Assembly (NCBI GenBank): GCA_000708835.1
Contig: DF237135.1
Coordinates: 62,001-126,000, forward strand
Reading direction: 5' to 3'
Source: Klebsormidium nitens
Taxonomy: Eukaryota; Plantae; Klebsormidiophyceae
DNA: 64,000 bases
Shown here: piece by piece, positions 56,539 through 64,000 of the stretch
How positions within the stretch are numbered: position 1 is the first letter of the stretch
Layout: each line of letters opens with the position of its first letter
Notes under the pieces: model-generated
What the model saw: only the letters and a program-made list of their open reading frames with translations
Databases searched by the model: none
What the model was told of the DNA's origin: nothing
Translations under genes and position numbers: made by a program

Positions 56539-59500
56539 ATGGGGCCCAAGAAGAAGAGCAACAAGCTGTCGACTTCGAGTGCGGGGAACAAAAGCCAGGT
56601 TGCAAAGAGCACAGGAAGTGCTGCAAAGGCTGCCACCAAAGTTGATATTAGCTCTGGCAATGAAGCAAGATTGCGACGGCTGCTCCTGAATGTCAGCAGC
56701 TCTGAAGGAGTCCTGAAAGATACAGACTCTGTTGAAGCATATGCCTCTGATAAGAAGGCTAGTAAGACCTTGAAAGATACTTACGATGCACTAACCCAGG
56801 AAGGTTTCACCAGAGAGCAAGTAGAGACCGTGCTGAGGTCCCTGCCACAGGTAGGAAGAGTTCAGCCCAAGTGATCAACGGATCTAATGCCGAGGTTTGG
56901 TGGTGGTGCGGCCAGCAAATGAGAGACTGGATGTGAACAAATAGAAGTGGGAATTGCATCGCGGCAGCATCTACTTCATGAGATTGCGCCAGCATTGTGC
57001 TGATGGAGGGTGGTGTAGCTGCATTCCTGCAGCAAGATGCTTGGACCGTCTTCTTGGCACATGTTCTACTTCAAATTCCACAAAAGGTGGATGTGTTTTG
57101 AAACCACTATTTTGTGCGATCTTTCTCCAATCTGATCTTCTGGTGGTAGACGGCGCATATGTTGCTGCTATGCAGGCTGCGGTGTCCTTAGAGTCCGCAC
57201 TGGACTGGCTATGTCTCAAGCTGCCAGCACACGAGCTGCCCCTAAAGTTCTCACGGGGCATACGAACAAGCGTTGAAGAAAGTGAGCTGACAAACTCTCT
57301 CCTGATCCTGTCCTCTGTGGATGAGAAGCACTGCGTTGTTGTGCTCTGAGGCACAATATGCACAGTATCAAGGAAGACCTTTTGGCTGTATGAGCTTCTC
57401 TGATTGTGCTGCCGCGTTCCCTCCAACTCTCAAAGGAACATAGGGGCCATCCACTGAAATACTCCAGTCTTTTATACCAGGTGGAGGCGTTCAGGTGCTT
57501 GCAACCGCTCGTCCTGGCGCTCCATCTCGCAAGGAGGTTGGAGCCTCGGCTCTCGAGGAAAAAGAGGCGCTTCAATCCCTCCAGAAGCCTCTGCTAGATG
57601 CCATTCCTGCCAGGAAAATTGAGGAGGATGGGAGGAAGGAACAAGCAGCATGGATTCGACAGTACTTGGATAAACAGGAAGAGACGTCAGAGGAGGAGGA
57701 GTCAGCAGGGGGGGATGAAGATGACTGGGAGGTAAGGGCCAGAGGGGTGGCTGATTAGTGTCACTCATCCACCAATCAACTGGTCAGCTTCCTTGGTGAG
57801 TCGACCAGCTGAGAGCAAAGGCAAGGGCAGAAGCTCAGGAGAGCCTTGCTCCAGCGGCCCTGTATTTCTACTGGCTCTTCTGCGGATTCAGCTCGCAAGC
57901 ACTAAAAGCTCCATCTGAGTATAAGGAAGCTTATGCACAGTTCACCTTGATGTGGATTTCTAGCTATCAATGAACGACGCTCAGTCTGATGTTGCTTGAA
58001 CAGGTCTGGGCCGACCCTCGAGAGCGAGAGCGGCGAAAAGCGAGCCGGGCAGCCGCCGCCCTTGATCCTGCGGTCAGAACGAGTCAGATCGCGGATGAGT
58101 ATGCTGCGGCCAAAATGGAGGCTGGAAAGGCCAAGGCAGCAGGAGACAAGGCCAGACAACAAGCTGCAGGGAAGATCATACGGGAGCTCAAAGAGGAGAT
58201 GGCAAGGCTAGGCAAGTGTTCCCCTTATGAGCTTGTTGCTCAAAAGGAAACACCTTGGAACAGATTTCCTGACTTCACATACAAGGACACTGTTTTTGAA
58301 GCCGAAAGACCAAGGACGCCCGCAACTTGCTATGAGTGAATGATGTGCGGAGCGATGGGAAATCGACTGGGACTTCAAGCTCGATTAGATCGAGGATCAC
58401 ATCTGCGTGCTTGATTTATTCTGAGAAGATTCGTTCTGACATTCTCAACAGCAGTTTCAGGTGCTGTACTGGCAGGCACGTCAGTGAATGACAAGGTCTG
58501 GTTCAGTATTTTTACAGGGGTGAAAGAAGATGATCTTCATTCGAAGCCGACAACGGGTTTCCAGGAGGAGGCAGGAGAGTCGATGCCAGGAGCGCCGGCC
58601 GGCGCAATTGCTGAAACAACCACAAGCGCTGAGGAAGGAGACTGGGAGTCGCTGGCTGTTTCGCCAGACACGGAACGTCCAGATGTTCCAGAAGCAGATC
58701 ATATCTCCAGGGTAGAGGAGATTGCGGGGCCAAGCGGAAGCAGCACTTCCGAAGTTCCAAAAATTGTCTCCACGACAAGTACGAGCACTGAGGCGACCAG
58801 GGCGGAGGAGGAAGAGGGTGGGATGTCGTCAATGTTCGACGAGGACACTTCGGACGTGGGGCTTCCGGACTCGGTCACTCTGATGCAGAAGCAGGCGCAG
58901 TTCGAGGAGCCGCTCGTGGCGTGGGGCACGGAGTCTGGGGGCAGCAAGGGTCGGCCTCCGGGGGGTAAGGGGAAGGGGCCTGCAAAGGGGGGCGGCGGGG
59001 GGGTGGACGTGCAACGGCTGCCGAAGGCGCTGTTGCAGCAGCACTGTCAGAAGGAGGGGTGGCCTGCCCCCCGTTTCGAGAAGCTGCCGGTTGGGGGCAC
59101 GAGAATCGAAGGAGGGGGGTATAGATACTCGGTGAGGGTCGAACGGCCGGGAAGGGGGAAGGGGAAGAGGGCGAATGCGGGCCCGCTCGACGTGCAACTC
59201 CCTGCAGACGAGGACGGGTACGATGCACGTTGACTTGTATCCTTTTTCTTGAGGTGTCGGTGCACGATCAAGCGCATCCTGGTGTTCTGCGCTTAGCGGG
59301 ATCCGTTCTTCCTTCCAGAATGCACCTCTCCCAGCATTTAGCGGCGAAAGCTGCGGTAGCTCTTGTCTGCTGCGACACTTTCAGATCCCGCCGAGAAAAA
59401 GTCGCCGCCATCGAGGCAGGAAATTTGGAGTCAATAATCCACGCTGTCGTTGGAAATCTTCATTGGGGGTTGAGAATTATACTTGTCACATACTGTAACG

Positions 59501-62500
59501 CGAAAAACCGTGGACATTGATCTTTCCGTCCTCCGCGCTTCTAGACCCGGTATCGGACCACGACAGTGCTATTTCCTTTGAGTACTCACGTTGCCTCTCC
59601 TTGTCTTTAAAAGGTGGCCGAGCATAGGCGACGCTCAAAATGCCGCTGCGACATTGGCCTTGTACGAATTGGTGCGAGATCAGCCGCTGTATCGGATACT
59701 GCCGCCGCCATACAGCGATATGTGGAAAGGATGGCAGCTGCAAGGTGAACTCCTTCAGAAGATGAATGCTAGCTGTGGTTTTTCGCGTTTAGCAACATGA
59801 AGGCGTTTGGGATTACAGCAGTAGAGATGATCAGACGTTGGAAACAGTATTCCCCGGGCTAAATCGAACTTAATCGGTTGAAGGAATTGATCTCCCTATC
59901 TCATGATCAAGAAGTCCGTAGTAACATACTGGCATCCAGAAAGATTTTGAAGTCGTTGCGGATATGTTTGACGATATGTGTCATCTCTTCTGCTGCACTT
60001 GTTTAGCAGAGTACATAGCGAAGCTTTCGAATCCAACCTGGCCGAAAAACTTCCGTTCAAAGAGCAATTCTGAGAGCTTTTTCTTTCTTGCGAAGTGCGT
60101 TCCCGTCAGCCTCCCCGTCCGCTCTTCCATCCAGGTTCTGAGGCCCGGACGGAAGCTACCCAAGCCGCGGAACAGCAGCGCGCCGACTTCATCAACGCGC
60201 TCGTCAGCGAGAAAGCGGCGACTGCCCCGACTCGAAGGGCAGAAAACGGTGGCCAAAGGCCCGAGGAAGAGAGCACCAGTGGCGACGAAGACATGGACTG
60301 GTCTCAGCTGGAGACTGGCGAGACGAGCGAGGTTCAGCAACGCAATGGGGATCGCTTGAAGAGGGAACTAGAGGCGAGGGGGAGAACGCCGGGGTATCAA
60401 AAGATGCTGAAAGGTCGGTTGGGCCTGCCGATCGCGAGGGTGCGGGACGAGATACTGGGCGCCTTGCGTCAGCATGACGTGGTCGTTGTGTCCGGAGAGA
60501 CGGGCTCGGGAAAGACTACACAGGTGGGATTTGCCAGCTTACGCGCCCCAGACTCCGTTACAATATTGTCGGTCGTCCCCGTTTGGACCTTTGGACCGCA
60601 AAAGGTTCTTCAAATTGCTACAGTAAGCCCTGCATTCCTGACTCCGATACTTAAATGGAAAGAGGACGCCGCGCTCTTCAGCGACTGCTCAACAGAAGCC
60701 CAGAGTGCGCAACAAAGAACGGGCAGAGTAGGCTCCCAGTCGTATTGAAAGCGCATTAACTCAACCGGCAAGACGAGCGTGTGGATCCCGGTCACAAAAG
60801 ACTATCAGACTTTCAGTCACTGCCTGTCATTAAGGATTCCATCCTCATCCTTAGGAGGGACCTTTCCTCTTTCCACGTTGTCTTCGATCCTGCCAACTTC
60901 AACTTTTCCCGTTGTGCAGGTCCCTCAGTACATTTTGGACGCGGAGATTGAGGCGGGCCGGGGCGGCGCCTGCAGCATTGTGTGCACGCAGCCCCGGCGA
61001 ATCGCCGCTGTGTCAGTGGCGGAGAGGGTCGCCAGCGAAAGGTGTGAAGCGGCTCCGGGGGAGAACGGCGCCCTGGTGGGCTACCACGTCCGACTTGATG
61101 CAGCCAGGTGAGGACACGCGGCGTCTGCACAAGCTGTCATTAGACCAAAATGGGCGTTCTACAGTAGGGGGGGCCTGACCTCTATGTAGGAAATTTAGGA
61201 TAAGAACTTGTGCCCACTTGTTTTATGCACGTTGCCACCATCCTGCCTTGGTTCGCTTCTTGCCCTACAGGCTTCAAGTTGAACTTGCAAGCAGTTGATT
61301 CTGCGATCCGTCACGACGTACCGAGTTGATTTGCATCCGGGCTCGGTTGTAACGTCCTCTTTCTAAGTTGCTGACACTGCAAAGCGCTTTTGCGCGACTA
61401 TTTGGTTCAAAGATTACAACTGGCAAGCTAACTCGATTGCTGTCGTTTTCGCGCAGGTCCTCCGAGACCCGGCTGCTCTTCTGCACGACGGGCATCCTGC
61501 TGCGGCGGCTGGCGGGCGACCGCGCTCTCGCTGACGTCAGCCACGTGGTGGTGGACGAGGTGCACGAGCGGACGCTGCAGGGCGACTTCCTGATGACCAT
61601 CCTGCGCGAGCTGCTCGCGCGCCGGAACGGGGGTCGCAGCAGGCTGCCCCCGCTCAAAGTCGTGCTCATGTCAGTCCCTTTCGCTACTGCGCTCCTTGCT
61701 TTATGGCTTTTTGATGACTTTGGACTTTCTCAGCTTCAGCAATCACGGTCTGACCAAGTTGCTTTGGAGAGTGCAAGGAGAAGGTGCGGAACGATCACCT
61801 GCGCTCTAGATTCAAAAAGCTGAACCAGTCGAAGTCTCTTCTTTTCACTCCGCTGACCGTCCCTGCTGCCCACTTCTGCCTCTTCGTCCTTCGCTTCAGG
61901 AATTTGTTCGATAATCCTTTGACTCGTTGCGAACTCGAAGTGGGCTCATAGGCTATGCCCCGGGTGCAGGTCCGCCACTTTGGACGCGGGCCTATTCTCC
62001 AGCTACTTCGGCGGCTGCCCGGTGGTCAGCGCCGAGGGGCGCACCTTCCCCGTGCAGATGCACTGCCTGGAGGACATCTACGAGCGGCTCGCCTACAAGC
62101 TGGCCGCCGACTCGCCCGCAGCACAGCGTGAGGGCGCGGGTATGAGATTTGCACATGTGAGCAGGGGACCCTTTGAGCCCATGTTTTTTGATCGCCTGCC
62201 TTGACAACCTTCCTTGATCCCCTCGGCGATCCGTCTGCCTTCCCGCAGATGCTCCTCAGATCCAACAACCAACAATCGAGGGTCGGCTTGGAACATACAT
62301 CAGCATATCGTTGTTCCGTCTTTTTGCTGTCCAAAGGACGCATTTCTACTACAGCTATCAGCGCGAGTTGGGCATCAATTTTCAACCAATCCATTGAGGC
62401 TGCCGCCGCTTCCCCTCTCGTTGAAACTCGTGAGCTGTGCCGATGAATCTTTCTGTAATCTTTGGAGCTGTGCCGATGTAATCATACCACGATATTTTGA

Positions 62501-63267
62501 TCCAGGCGTCTCGCAGCAAGATGGTGGGCGGGAACCAAGACAAGAACAAGCTGATCAAGGCCGGCTGGGGGGACGAGCTCAAGGCCGGGGGCGGGGACCA
62601 GGTTCTCAACCCGAACTACGACGAGGAATTGTACCAGGACTTCAGCAGCGCTACCAGGAAGAACCTGGTGAGGTCTCAGGGCCGGGAATCTTAGGGCTTT
62701 GTTTGCTAAAACGCTGCTTTTAGAAGAGAAATCGAAGCTATGAGCTGTAACTGATACAAGCCTGAGTAGCCTCCAAAGGATTTTTGACTTACCTGCGTAG
62801 CACATGCAAACTTAAGAAAAGAACTAATGAAAGCATGCGGGAAGTCTCTTGCTTTCACCGGGCAATACTTTTCGGACAGGACTGGATGCTTTCGCAACGA
62901 GTCTGTCTCGTCTTTAGTCTGCCCTTCTCTCTCAACACAGCTTGTCATCCCTGAGGAAGCGCTCCAAATCAACTCTTGGTCAGCGCGGACGTGGAGCATT
63001 TGCCAACGCAAACATGGTCCAGGTTTTATGTTAGATGATCGAAAGCCTGTGGCTCGCACCCACCCAGCACTTTCTCTGCAGGCGAGGCTTGACGAGGAGC
63101 AGATTGACTATGATCTGCTGGAGGACCTCATTACGCACATCGACGAGTCGGGGGACGACTTTGGCGAGGGCGCCGTGCTGGTGTTCCTCCCGGGCATCGC
63201 GGAAATTCAGAGCCTGCTGGACCGCCTCTCCGCATCCCGCCGCTTTGGCACGCCGGAGAAGTCGCAG
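56539..63267 (+). CDS. DExH-box RNA helicase, DExH7/DHX29-like; continues beyond the window
   Basis: At least 12 exons: 56539-56850, 57176-57281, 57481-57731, 58004-58211, 58518-59217, 59614-59744, 60135-60523, 60920-61107, 61457-61669, 61970-about 62156, 62506-62667, 63082-63267. N-terminus MGPKKK...[17 protein letters not shown]-like ALDWLCL..P..ELP.KF, dsRBD-like segment, [52 protein letters not shown]. Confidence 0.93.
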
Positions 63268-64000
63268 GTGGGCAATCCTCGCAGGCGAAACGAGCTTCGC
63301 GTGGTCGGGAACTGTACATTGCCTGCTGCTCCGTTTCGAAACCTTTTGATATCCAAAAGTCTGTCAAGAATGTACCGAAGTGATTGCAGAACGCGTACGT
63401 AGATCTGTTTTTCAGAATCGTCAAGTGTTACTTACAGCAAGTAACTGCCCGCTTTTCGTAGGAATTGTAGCTGTCGAGGCCTAACACCATGGAAAACTGG
63501 ACTGAAATTTTTGGACCCTCGGAGCTTTGCTCTTTCTGCCAGGATGGCGATCAATTTTCGGACTTCATCCTTGGAAGTCAGGGTCAATCTGAAGAAGAGC
63601 CCAAAACAGTAAATGGAGATTCAAGTGCTAGTCTTGCGTTTGTGCTTGTTTCTTGCGTATACTGATTGGTTGGCCCTTCTTTTGCAGTGGCTCCTTCCCC
63701 TCCATTCATCCGTCTCGCCGAGCGAGCAGAGACGCGCGTTCCAAACACCTCCTCCAGGCATCCGAAAGGTGAGCTGCGCCGCGAGAGATGTGCTAAGATT
63801 CGTTTTCTCTGCTGCTGTTCTTTCGCGTCCACATCCCTAGGGCATGCAGAATATTTGTTTGATGAAAAGCTTCTCAGAGAGAAACGGAGGTCACTTGAAA
63901 AGGGCTTCCAAAACGTAGTCCTTGAACCAGCCGCTGCTTATTGAGTCCGAGATAGTCAACGAGCCTCTTCGTGGACCTGAGCAACGAGTTTGAGCTGAGC

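Noticed and set aside
1-64000. CRISPR arrays, rRNA genes, intact tRNAs, autonomous transposons or viral genes
   Set aside because: No repeat-spacer array was seen (the tandem repeats lack unique spacers), and no rRNA, cloverleaf, transposase, RT or capsid motifs were found.

Overview
Eukaryotic nuclear DNA: gene-dense and intron-rich, with GC-rich exons and GT-AG introns. The proteins resemble land-plant homologues, so a streptophyte green alga such as Klebsormidium is the likely source; this is inference and was not searched. Ten recognisable spliced genes were assembled by hand, in order: RSL1D1-like ribosomal L1-domain protein (+), QCR8 (+), four-helix-bundle/ARM-repeat protein (-), NhaD-type plastid antiporter NHD1 (+), dCTP pyrophosphatase (-), Fd-GOGAT GLU1 (+), F-box/Kelch protein with an EAR-motif tail (+), GPI transamidase GPI8 (-), NdhS (+) and a DExH7/DHX29-like helicase (+, runs off the window). 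One probable orphan five-exon gene is also called. The main unexplained feature is a ~200-nt, almost fully base-paired, multibranched GC-rich element on the minus strand (about 5200-5400). It sits behind a TATA box and a USE-like motif, and I could not match it by eye to any snRNA, snoRNA, SRP, MRP or telomerase RNA. Other notable items are a TA-flanked MITE, a 1.9-kb TpA/GTAC-enriched island with long degenerate inverted repeats, three GC-AG introns, and a 15-mer shared by two divergent promoters. No CRISPR array, rRNA or intact tRNA was found.
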